From: Escherichia coli
Lineage (GTDB): Bacteria > Pseudomonadota > Gammaproteobacteria > Enterobacterales > Enterobacteriaceae
Direction: 5' to 3' (one strand)
Assembly (NCBI RefSeq): GCF_041248615.1
Contig: NZ_CP158426.1
Length of the DNA: 64,000 nucleotides
Part shown: piece after piece, positions 20,655 through 29,552 of the stretch
Position numbering within the stretch: position 1 is the stretch's first letter
How the letters are laid out: the number at the start of each line of letters is the position of its first letter
Notes under the pieces: model-generated
What the model was told of the DNA's origin: nothing
Database searches by the model: none
Seen by the model: the letters and a program-made list of their open reading frames with translations, nothing else
Made by a program: the position numbers and the translations under genes

Positions 20655-21986
20655 ATGCACCTAATGTACAAAAAGAGCGTAAACATGAGGTACAAAACTC
20701 TTCCATACACGTTTCAAAGAAACGGTAATTACTATCTACAGATTCGGCTTTCGAATGGTCGGATGTATAAAAAATCACTTCTCACTGACAGCTATCGTGA
20801 AGTCTCTGCTTTGATGATTGGTGTTGCTCCGTACATTCCTTTTGTTAAATCATTAGCCATCACAATCCCGATGTTTGATGCCTTTGTTTCAAACCTGATT
20901 ATGTCAAAACTTAGGGCTGTAAAAGTTCCGCTGCTATCACATCAGTCGGTAATTACCCCTGCTACATTCGAGGAACCAGCGACACAAGCCGAACCGCAAA
21001 ACATGCTAACTCTTTCTGATGCGTGGGCTATGTATAAAGCGGAAAAGGGTAAAACATGGACAAAGTCGATCTCAAGGGCGAATGAGCGTTACATGGAAGT
21101 CTTGATGGTTGTCTTGGGAGAGACAACTGACGTAGTTGCGATTTCTAAGCAGGACATCAAGCAGGTGATGGAAGTTGTTGAGAATTTGCCTAAGCGTGTT
21201 GTCCAACCGTATCGCTCAATGAACATCCAGCAACTGATTGAATGTGATGATGTATCACCGAATGAGTTAGTAGGAGTGGAAGCCATTCATAAGCATCTCA
21301 AAATCTACAAATCGCTTTTCAAGACTTTTCTAACAGAAAACAAAGATATTTTGATTAAATCCCCAACTGATGGGGTAGTAGCAGCACCATCTAAAGCAAG
21401 GTTTGGAGCATACAGTTCGGCGGAGATGAAGAAGTTTGTAGAGTGGGCACTTAAGCAGCCAGATGGCTGGCAGAAGTGGATAACATTGTTGTTGGCATAC
21501 ACAGGAGCCAGAAGGGGAGAAATTGCCAAACTGGAAAAATCACAAATAAAATATGATGAGGATAGCCATCGGTATTATTTCCTGATTGCAGAAGGAGGGC
21601 AGGGGAAAACCGAAAATGCTACCCGACAAGTAGTGATACACCCTAAGTTGATCGAATGGGGTTTCATGGAATACGTTGATCGCCAGTGGAAAGAACGGAT
21701 TTTTTCAGAAGTGGCTGGTACAAACATGACGAAGATCGGTAAAGAATTTGCTGATGTGCGTGACCAGCTTGACATTCCGTACTTAGACGATTTTGGACAG
21801 CGGAGGCTTTTGCATAGCATTCGTCATTCTGTTTGCTCTACTGCGATGGCTGGATGGGTAAAGAACATCTTGCATCTGCAACAAACAGTAGGCCATGAGA
21901 AAAGTGGAGGGATCACTAAACGCTACTTACATACGTTCCCACTATCATCAATTTGTTATGTTATTGATGGGATTAGTTGGGTCTGA
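20655..21986 (+). CDS. Tyrosine-type site-specific integrase (island integrase); start may be at MRYKTLPY (20685)
   Basis: C-terminal catalytic signature: AYTGARRGE (box I Arg), HSIRHSV (H-x-x-R), ITKRYLH (Tyr nucleophile). Sits directly next to the left repeat. Confidence 0.85.
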   Translation: MHLMYKKSVNMRYKTLPYTFQRNGNYYLQIRLSNGRMYKKSLLTDSYREVSALMIGVAPYIPFVKSLAITIPMFDAFVSNLIMSKLRAVKVPLLSHQSVITPATFEEPATQAEPQNMLTLSDAWAMYKAEKGKTWTKSISRANERYMEVLMVVLGETTDVVAISKQDIKQVMEVVENLPKRVVQPYRSMNIQQLIECDDVSPNELVGVEAIHKHLKIYKSLFKTFLTENKDILIKSPTDGVVAAPSKARFGAYSSAEMKKFVEWALKQPDGWQKWITLLLAYTGARRGEIAKLEKSQIKYDEDSHRYYFLIAEGGQGKTENATRQVVIHPKLIEWGFMEYVDRQWKERIFSEVAGTNMTKIGKEFADVRDQLDIPYLDDFGQRRLLHSIRHSVCSTAMAGWVKNILHLQQTVGHEKSGGITKRYLHTFPLSSICYVIDGISWV

Positions 21987-22203
21987 AACTGCTAAGAATG
22001 ATAGGAAAAGCTACTTAATGATCCTTAGTTTTGGATGAAATTGAAGATTACAAAGATCTTGAGCGAATAAGAGCGTTTTTTAATCAAAAAAGCCATAAAA
22101 ACTTTTCTTGACTGTATATTAACACAGTGCTTCTACTATGTAGAAGAAATCGACATGAAAAATTTGATATGGTAAATTTTATCCATGATAACAAAAAGGT
22201 ATT

Positions 22204-23106
22204 GTGGATATGTTACTACCAATACGAGTTCATAAACGATTTCTAACTTTATTTAAGACTTTGCAAATTGACGATTGCCCACCGCAATCAACTTTAAATA
22301 TTCATGTACTTAATATCGAAAGCAATGAATTTATATACTGTAAATTAGTTGAAGAATTACGTGACATAATAATTACTTATGTACATTCGAATAGAAGGCT
22401 TGAGGAGTTTAAGGAAAGTTATCCTTCGTATAGCCCTAAACCTTTTTTCGAAGCAATACAAAAATTTCGCAATTATACGTCAAACGAAGGTGAGTTAGGT
22501 GAACTGCTTTTATACGCTTTTCTTGAAACAGGACTAAATGCTCCGAAATTACTTTCCAAAATGCAATTGAAAACAGATTCTAATGATTACATTAAGGGTT
22601 CTGATGGTGTACATCTGTTAGAATTAGATGATGGTTATCAATTAATATTTGGAGAATCAAAGCTCTATGCCGATCTTTTAGAAGGTGCTCGAGAAGCGTT
22701 TGATTCTATTTTAGATTTTAAAAGTAATGGAATGGCATTTGAAAGAGGGCTGATAGATACACACGTTATAAATGAAATGGTTTCAGAAGAAGGTTATGAG
22801 AAAATAAAATCAATTCTTCTTCCTTCTTCTGGCGATGATGGGCCAGATCTTGATTTATCCTTTGGTATATTTCTTGGTTTTGAATTGAAAATAGATAGCT
22901 CACAGTTATCATTGAAAAACAAAGAGTTTAGAGATTGGGTTAATGAGTCCGTGAAACAACATGCTACTCGCGTGGTCAGTACGATACGAAGGAAAATTAT
23001 TAATCATAAATTATATGGTCACGAATTCCACATATATATAGTTCCTTTTACCGATATTGATGTTACACGAAAAAAATTAATTCATGAAATGCTAACAATT
23101 AAGTGA
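22204..23106 (+). CDS. PD-(D/E)xK nuclease-like protein, HamA (DUF1837)-like candidate; start GTG 22204 or ATG 22210
   Basis: Motifs in the order expected for the restriction-endonuclease fold: acidic helix EGELGELLLYAFLE, then SDGVHLLELDDG, then LIFGESKLY (E-x-K). AT-rich; stop overlaps the start of the next gene. Confidence 0.55.
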   Translation: MDMLLPIRVHKRFLTLFKTLQIDDCPPQSTLNIHVLNIESNEFIYCKLVEELRDIIITYVHSNRRLEEFKESYPSYSPKPFFEAIQKFRNYTSNEGELGELLLYAFLETGLNAPKLLSKMQLKTDSNDYIKGSDGVHLLELDDGYQLIFGESKLYADLLEGAREAFDSILDFKSNGMAFERGLIDTHVINEMVSEEGYEKIKSILLPSSGDDGPDLDLSFGIFLGFELKIDSSQLSLKNKEFRDWVNESVKQHATRVVSTIRRKIINHKLYGHEFHIYIVPFTDIDVTRKKLIHEMLTIK

Positions 23107-25691
23107 ACACTATGAATGAATTAAATTCAAGTAAAAACATTCATTTGGCAGCTCGTCTTGCAGATGATGCTTTTGAAAGTGCTTATTTTAAAGAAATCAA
23201 TAAGTTTATAAGTGGTTTATACAATTACAGTTTATTTAACTGCGATTCAGATGTTAGTCTCTCCGAGAGTGATAACAATAAAATAGCACACGCTTTGCGT
23301 TTTGCAGATATATTTTCACATTCTTCAAAAGAAAATCATAGATCATGTGCATTTGAAATTATAAGTAGAATAGCCTTATTAAAAAAACATGATCCTTATT
23401 TTAAATTTATAGGTACTGCTGTTATTAATCGGCTTGGGGTTTATGCAGCAGAAAAACTCATATCAAAAGGGGTAAAATTACCCTTAGATAGAGAAGTTGA
23501 TTCTATTATTAAAAAATCAGTTCAGAAAACAGATGAAGATGGAGTATATTTCACTGATAAACAACATGAGTTATACAAACTTTTAAAAAGTAGCAAAACA
23601 ATTAGTTTTGCTGGTCCCACTTCGATGGGAAAGTCATTTGTTATTAATGCATACATTAAGGAAATAACTCTTAAAAAAGAGCTTAAAAATATAGCTTTAA
23701 TTGTTCCTACACGGGCTTTAATAAGCCAAAATGCACTTAAGTTAAAAATTGATATTGCATTGTATAAGAATGAAAGCCCTTATAAAGTTGTTACGACATC
23801 CTACATTATTAATGGTGATGAAAGTAAAAATAAAGGCTATATTTTTATTCTCACCCCAGAAAGGCTGGTTAGTCTCATAAGCACTATTCCTGGACTAATG
23901 ATTGATTATGTTTTTGTAGATGAAGCTCAAAAGTTAACAACAAAAAATGATTCGAGGAGTCTTGTTACTTATTCAGCTATAGAGCAAACAATTAGTAAAA
24001 ATCCTGAGGCAAGATTATTCTTCTCTTCACCTAATTTATCTAATCCTGAAATATTTAATATTTTGTTTGATAGAAAAGACGCTTCGGTATATAGAAATAC
24101 AGAAGGTGCAACTACTCAGAATATGTATTTTATTGATCTTTTAAATAGCAGCTTTAGCTATGTTAATACCGAGAAAAGGACGCTTGAAAAAATAGATGAG
24201 ATCTCTAATACTTACACGAATACAAATGATGTTATCTATAAATTAAATAATGGTAAAAGTAAAATAATTTATTGTGGGGGGATAGAAAGCACGCTTGAGA
24301 GAACACGTAGCTTTATCAATTATCTCAAAATTAATAAGAAAAAAAGAAAGCATTTAAATTTAGAAATATCTTCTGAGATAAGAAACTTTGTTCATGATAA
24401 CTATGAACTTGCAGAAGCCATCAACTATGGTGTTGCTTTCCACTTTGGAAACTTGCCTCAATCGATTCGAGATTTAATTGAGCATCATTTCAAAATAGGA
24501 AATATTGACTATCTATTCTGTACATCAACCCTACTTGAGGGAGTCAATTTACCTGCAAGATCCGTATTTATTCTTACGCATAAAAAAGGCCCCAGTCCAT
24601 TAGAGTCGGTTGATTTTTGGAATCTGGCTGGGAGAGCTGGGCGATTATCTATGGAATTGTCAGGGGATATTTTTTGTATTAGGGATGATAATAAGCTTTG
24701 GAATAAAAAAGCTGTTGATAATATCCTTCTGTCTGACAAAAATAACATTTCATTAAAGCCAAGCTTCTATATTGAAGACGAAAAAAGATTGAACGATTTA
24801 CACCATATAATTACGACTGGTAAAACAGGGAATATTAAAAATGCTGAGTTCCTTAGAACTTTAGGAGATATGATAAGAATAGACACTCTGAGGGATTCTA
24901 AAGAACTTCCTCTTATTAGTTATTTCCAAAGCAGTGGAAAATCAGAAATTTTGTTAAGTGCAGAAAAAAGCACTGAAAATATTACCATGCCAATGAATAT
25001 CCTTTTGGCAAATAGTCATATTGCGATTGATTCGCAGTATCATGCTTTTAAAAAAATAAAAAGCCTTACAGTTAAGGAACTGAAATTATCATGGCAGCCT
25101 ACATACGAAGAAATTAAAGAAAAATTGAATTTGATATTCGATATTTACCAAGTTGAAAAGTTTGCAACAGGTAGAGAACGTCTTTATTTAAATTCAATTC
25201 CATATTATGCAGTATTACTGTTTCAATGGATTCGTGGAAATAGTCTACAGGAAATTATCTCGGGGGCAATTGCTTATAGAAAGAACAAAAGTATATATAT
25301 TAAAAATACACCTGTTCTTTTTGACAGCGAAAACCCAGCTCATTTAACTGCATTAGTTAATGAAACTATAAAAGACATTGAGTTGCGTGTAGGTTACCAG
25401 TTACAAAATTATTTTTCACATTACTGTCAGCTTCTGAATTATGTGTTACAAGGAAATCCAGGGGCAAACTGGTCTCAGTTCATTGAGTTTGGCTCTAATG
25501 AGCCAATAGTATGGCACCTACAAATGATGGGCTTTTCAAGGGATAGTGCAGTTTTTCTCAAGAAGAATTTTTCAAAACATCTTAAACTTGATAATGAAAT
25601 GAATAAACTCATCATAATGGATAAGGAACTGATCAAGCGTTCTTTCAAAAAAGATGGACTACATTACTTAGAAATCCAATCGTTATTATAA
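23103..25691 (+). CDS. Superfamily-2 helicase (DEAQ box), HamB-like candidate
   Basis: Walker A/motif I FAGPTSMGKSFV, motif II VFVDEAQKL, motif VI-like NLAGRAGRL; about 170-aa N-terminal extension before the helicase core; GTGA start/stop overlap with the upstream gene. Confidence 0.6.
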   Translation: MNTMNELNSSKNIHLAARLADDAFESAYFKEINKFISGLYNYSLFNCDSDVSLSESDNNKIAHALRFADIFSHSSKENHRSCAFEIISRIALLKKHDPYFKFIGTAVINRLGVYAAEKLISKGVKLPLDREVDSIIKKSVQKTDEDGVYFTDKQHELYKLLKSSKTISFAGPTSMGKSFVINAYIKEITLKKELKNIALIVPTRALISQNALKLKIDIALYKNESPYKVVTTSYIINGDESKNKGYIFILTPERLVSLISTIPGLMIDYVFVDEAQKLTTKNDSRSLVTYSAIEQTISKNPEARLFFSSPNLSNPEIFNILFDRKDASVYRNTEGATTQNMYFIDLLNSSFSYVNTEKRTLEKIDEISNTYTNTNDVIYKLNNGKSKIIYCGGIESTLERTRSFINYLKINKKKRKHLNLEISSEIRNFVHDNYELAEAINYGVAFHFGNLPQSIRDLIEHHFKIGNIDYLFCTSTLLEGVNLPARSVFILTHKKGPSPLESVDFWNLAGRAGRLSMELSGDIFCIRDDNKLWNKKAVDNILLSDKNNISLKPSFYIEDEKRLNDLHHIITTGKTGNIKNAEFLRTLGDMIRIDTLRDSKELPLISYFQSSGKSEILLSAEKSTENITMPMNILLANSHIAIDSQYHAFKKIKSLTVKELKLSWQPTYEEIKEKLNLIFDIYQVEKFATGRERLYLNSIPYYAVLLFQWIRGNSLQEIISGAIAYRKNKSIYIKNTPVLFDSENPAHLTALVNETIKDIELRVGYQLQNYFSHYCQLLNYVLQGNPGANWSQFIEFGSNEPIVWHLQMMGFSRDSAVFLKKNFSKHLKLDNEMNKLIIMDKELIKRSFKKDGLHYLEIQSLL

Positions 25692-25697
25692 AACTGC

Positions 25698-25728
25698 CGA
25701 ATCAGAGTCTTTTATTGATTCTGATTCG
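25698..25728 (+). terminator. Hairpin immediately after the helicase gene (weak terminator candidate)
   Basis: CGAATCAGA-(13 nt)-TCTGATTCG; no strong T-tract, so confidence is low. Confidence 0.3.
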
Positions 25729-25999
25729 CACTTATATAGTTAAATCAAAAGGAGCATTAAAATTTTTCAGTAGCGATTTAGTATGCTAAATCGCTGCATA
25801 ACGAATCTGCTTCTAAATCTTGATTAAGTGTTTCGAACTGCCTTGATTGTTTATTGCTACACTTTATAATTAATCGCAACACACAAAACAATACAATGTA
25901 GGCAGTTGCACAGAATTAATTACAGGCACATTATGGATATCGAGAGGATTCGAACAGTTTTAAACTGCAAGCCCTTTGACTTTATCCCCTCCTACTATA

Positions 26000-26575
26000 T
26001 CAGCGTTTGATGCCGCTAATACTGGCAAGCATTTCTTTCTTCACACGAAAAACTGTAGCCCTGCCGCAATCACATAACTTTGCTATCTCGTCTGGTGTAT
26101 TCTTCCCGGCCTGTAACATATCGATAATCTTGTTATGTAGCTCTTTGTTCTTTTGCTTGCCCTTGTACTTCTTAGCCTCTTTAGCAAGAGCAATCCCCTC
26201 ATTGCGACGAGATGCGATCATACCCCGCTCAAATTCTGCAGCGGCTCCCATCATGGTTAGGATAAGGCGTGATTGTGGGGAATTATCAAAACTCATAGAG
26301 TTTGCAAGGAATTGAACAGTGATTCCACGAGCCACGAGGTTATCAATCATTTCCAGCAAATCGCGGGTATTACGTGCAAGGCGATCAATCGAGTGAGTAA
26401 CGAGCGTGTCACCTTCGCGGAGGTGTGAAAGCAGGTTCAACAATTCAGGTCTTTCGCTGGTGGACTTACCTGATTCTTTCTCTGCCACAATTTTGTCACA
26501 AACAGGTTCCAGCACTGCCAACTGACGCTCAAGATTTTGATCCTTTGTTGAGACTCTCGCGTAACCAAAAATCAT
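26000..26575 (-). CDS. Serine recombinase (resolvase/invertase family)
   Basis: N-terminus MIFGYARVSTKDQNLERQ (catalytic Ser in YARVST context), C-terminal HTH-like tail; 191 aa. Confidence 0.85.
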   Translation of the reverse strand: MIFGYARVSTKDQNLERQLAVLEPVCDKIVAEKESGKSTSERPELLNLLSHLREGDTLVTHSIDRLARNTRDLLEMIDNLVARGITVQFLANSMSFDNSPQSRLILTMMGAAAEFERGMIASRRNEGIALAKEAKKYKGKQKNKELHNKIIDMLQAGKNTPDEIAKLCDCGRATVFRVKKEMLASISGIKR

Positions 26576-26600
26576 TTTCCTGCCCTCACTTACGTGAAAA

Positions 26601-26662
26601 GTATCATTTGAATTTACTTAATGATACAGTATCATTTAAATGCATTCAACATCTAAATGATA
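26601..26662. promoter_or_regulatory. Cluster of three dyad-symmetric elements upstream of the serine recombinase gene (res-like site)
   Basis: GTATCATT-11 nt-AATGATAC; TGATAC-A-GTATCA; ATCATTTAAATG...CATCTAAATGAT. Position immediately 5' of the resolvase start is typical of res sites. Confidence 0.45.
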
Positions 26663-27081
26663 CTAAACGAGACGAGAAAAGCGAGTATCGTTAGGGAGTA
26701 CCCAAAAGAGATTTTTGATCGTGCGTTTTTTAGTCAATGTAGGGTTAGTGAAAAGTTCAGTACCGAGATCTGAGTTCACGGCATTTTGTCGACGGGGTTG
26801 AACCTGATTAGGCGAACGAGATTTTAAATCAGGCGGAATAAAACAAGTTGTACTTTTATCTGAGTAAAAGATCCCTTTAACTTTTTAGTCAGAAATCGTG
26901 ATACTAGGGGTTTGGTTATTTTGTGTCCTTAAGGCCAGTACTTTTAGCGAGGACGAAAAAACGGCCTACATGAGAACGCTTACAGTAACTTAAGTATATT
27001 ATCCAAAAAGTCACTTAACTTAAATCAATTTGGATGCAAAATCGCCACACTTTGCAAGTGAACACATACCGGGCAACAAGC

Positions 27082-27109
27082 AAATAAAAAAGGCCACTTT
27101 CGCGACCTT
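27082..27109 (-). terminator. Rho-independent terminator after the 119-aa gene
   Basis: Minus-strand RNA: AAGGUCGC-GAAA-GUGGCCUU (GNRA tetraloop) followed by UUUUUAUUUG. Confidence 0.65.
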
Positions 27110-27125
27110 GTACCAGTACAAACAC

Positions 27126-27485
27126 TCATTCAGAACGATCAAGTACCATATATGCTGGCTGACACATGCTGCCCCGCTCCTGTAGCCAGTAGTAATCAAG
27201 ATCGGCAACACGCACGTCCAATCCAGAATCTACACGGTTGATCTGTAACCGTAGCCCTACAGTATCCTTGTACGATAAACCAGATTTAACATTGTATTTG
27301 TACTTAACACCGTTTTCCTGTTCAAACTGTTTAAGGAAAGGCGTCATTTGTTTCTGAATTTCTTTCAAACAAATAACCTCATTATCAATAGCAAAGGGGG
27401 GTTCTGTTTTTCCATCAGGTACAGCAGCCTGTAAATGAAAGGAAGTACTCAACAATAACAGCATTGCAACAGAAGTCTTTTTCAT
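27126..27485 (-). CDS. Small secreted/periplasmic protein of unknown function
   Basis: Sec-type signal peptide MKKTSVAMLLLLSTSFHLQA; 43 bp downstream of the membrane-protein gene, same strand. Confidence 0.6.
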   Translation of the reverse strand: MKKTSVAMLLLLSTSFHLQAAVPDGKTEPPFAIDNEVICLKEIQKQMTPFLKQFEQENGVKYKYNVKSGLSYKDTVGLRLQINRVDSGLDVRVADLDYYWLQERGSMCQPAYMVLDRSE

Positions 27486-27528
27486 TTTAATTCCTTATTA
27501 AAGAACAGTACATTATATTTCAATGGAC

Positions 27529-28569
27529 TTAATAACAATATTTTATATTTCCTTCGGGTTTTCTCATGCATTTAATTCCTTCAGGAATATAATCAGTTAC
27601 GGGAGCAGGTCTGGCATCAGGTCTTGAAAGACGATTGGATATAGAAGACAACAGACTGAAAACACACTCATTAAATGATTTTTGATATTTATTTTTTTCA
27701 TAAAAGTACTGCATGGTGATTTTATCTCTTTCGTATTGCAATTCTTTGCCAAGCTGAATCCTATCCATATCAATTCCATTTCTCATAGCATTAAATCTTT
27801 CGTTCAATAAATTAAATTGAGATTTATTCCATTCATTTAAAGGAAATAAAGAATTGTTAAGCCTTTGCCTACAATTAGATTGCTCGATAGCTGACATGTA
27901 TTCTTTCATACTAACGCCAATATCTAAGTATGTGAGTTGTCCAGCAGTTCTATCAACTGAGTTATTAGGGTAAGATTTAATTTCAGTAAGTATTGACTCT
28001 GTTAATACTGCATTTTCTTCTAAATCTTTGCTAATAGTTATTTGAGCTTGTTCTCTTTTATCCTTATCAAATATTGAAATGTATTTCTTTACTATATCCT
28101 GATTAGCTTTCTCGGCTGCTACTAACGCATCTTGAACCTTCTTTTCCGCCGCTTTAACTCGTTGTTCTTCTACAAATTTCGCGTAGTCATCAGTATTTGT
28201 AATGTGATTTTCACGAGCGATAGAAAACTCTTTACTATCTTTAAAACCAAGTTTTTGTGCTCTGGCTCCATCGCTTGAAGATCGGGCAGAACTTGCCACG
28301 AAAGCGAGCACAATGATCAGTACAGGAACCGTATAATTATTAACGAGTTTATAGGGTAAGAACTTCGCTTTAAGCGTACCATAACCCAAAACAGCCCAGC
28401 CTATCGCGGCAGTACTTGCCAGTAGCTGGCACAATCCAGCGACGGAAAGCATGATTACCGACCAGAAGCCTGTACCGACTGCGAAAAGATCACCAAATTT
28501 CTCCATTGACGCAAGGAATAAAAACACTCCCCAAATGCCATAAAATCCTATTTTCAAATATTTACTCAC
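27529..28569 (-). CDS. Inner-membrane protein (3-4 N-terminal TM helices) with coiled-coil-rich soluble C-terminal domain; function unknown
   Basis: Hydrophobic segments in the first ~100 aa; charged helical region (EEQRVKAAEKKVQDALVAAEKANQDIVKK); AT-rich codon usage. Confidence 0.6.
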   Translation of the reverse strand: MSKYLKIGFYGIWGVFLFLASMEKFGDLFAVGTGFWSVIMLSVAGLCQLLASTAAIGWAVLGYGTLKAKFLPYKLVNNYTVPVLIIVLAFVASSARSSSDGARAQKLGFKDSKEFSIARENHITNTDDYAKFVEEQRVKAAEKKVQDALVAAEKANQDIVKKYISIFDKDKREQAQITISKDLEENAVLTESILTEIKSYPNNSVDRTAGQLTYLDIGVSMKEYMSAIEQSNCRQRLNNSLFPLNEWNKSQFNLLNERFNAMRNGIDMDRIQLGKELQYERDKITMQYFYEKNKYQKSFNECVFSLLSSISNRLSRPDARPAPVTDYIPEGIKCMRKPEGNIKYCY

Positions 28570-28779
28570 CGCAATTATCCTTTAATAATTTTCCAAATCG
28601 ATGGTTCGTTCTATTTGTATTATCGACAATAATTCGTTTGCCTTTAGGTAGATCCCTTAAAAAGGAATCCCCCCAAAATTTATAGATTAGCAGTTGTACC
28701 ACTCTCACTGTTTTGTCACTCCCATTATCTTCTCTCAGGTCAAAAGTACGGACTTAAAGCCGTCCGTGTTCAGGTGCTC

Positions 28780-28900
28780 AAGAGTAGCACGCATATCAAT
28801 AAATGATCGATAAAAACGATCAATTAATGGCTTATTGATCGCTATAACCTATCAATGACTATTAATTCAATACAAATCAATAGGTAAAATCGATCAAGAG
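28780..28900. repeat. ATCAAT/GATC-rich iteron-like cluster in an ORF-poor region
   Basis: About six ATCAAT (or complement) motifs in both orientations and several GATC sites within ~120 bp; further GATC pair at 29096-29103. Confidence 0.4.
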
Positions 28901-29552
28901 GATTCGTCATCCATGAAAGGGGTTATGTATCTGATTTCAATACAGGGAGTATTAGCGATACCATCACGCAAACGCTCTTAAAGCGTAGCTACGGCGTTTT
29001 GTAGGGTTTTTGGTCATTCATGTGTGTCAGTAATGAACATCGCATTCAGGGGCTTCCTGTGCGTTTTGTCCGAAACACCATCATGAAGGGGGACAGATCG
29101 GATCGGGGTCGCTTCGCTCTGGTCAGTACTGGATAGTTCTTTTCCAGTAACTGAAACCGCAGATACCCCACTAAGTACACAAAGGAATTATTTGTAGAAT
29201 AAGTAATGAAATAACAGTCAGTTATGTACTTACTGACAGAACTAAAAACGCGATTAGGTTCGCTCTGTCAGTGACCGAAGGGAACGCAACAGTAGAATCT
29301 AATCCAGCGAACAGTACACGCAAGCGGGTGCTGTTTAATTGTTTTATCTATGTAAACAATGGGATAGCTATCAAGTACTCACTGCGTGAGCACTCTCACT
29401 AACTACCCGAAACAGTTCGCTTGCTTCGCCGCTCCTACTTTCAGGTAGTTAATTCGCTTTCGCTCGTTGTGATGTCCGAAATTTATTACCTATAGTATTA
29501 TAAGGTATTATTTTCCGGACATTTATGTATTTTTATGATGGTGTTCTGGACA

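Noticed and set aside
22100-22203. Candidate promoter for the nuclease-helicase operon (TTGACT at about 22109 and TACTAT downstream)
   Set aside because: The spacing between the best -35 and -10 candidates is about 20 nt rather than 16-18, so I could not support a specific promoter call; the operon may instead be read from the integrase side.
27061-27125. Second small hairpin (TTGTAC-CCAG-GTACAA) next to the GNRA terminator
   Set aside because: Short stem with no T-tract; likely incidental, and the adjacent GAAA-tetraloop hairpin explains termination.
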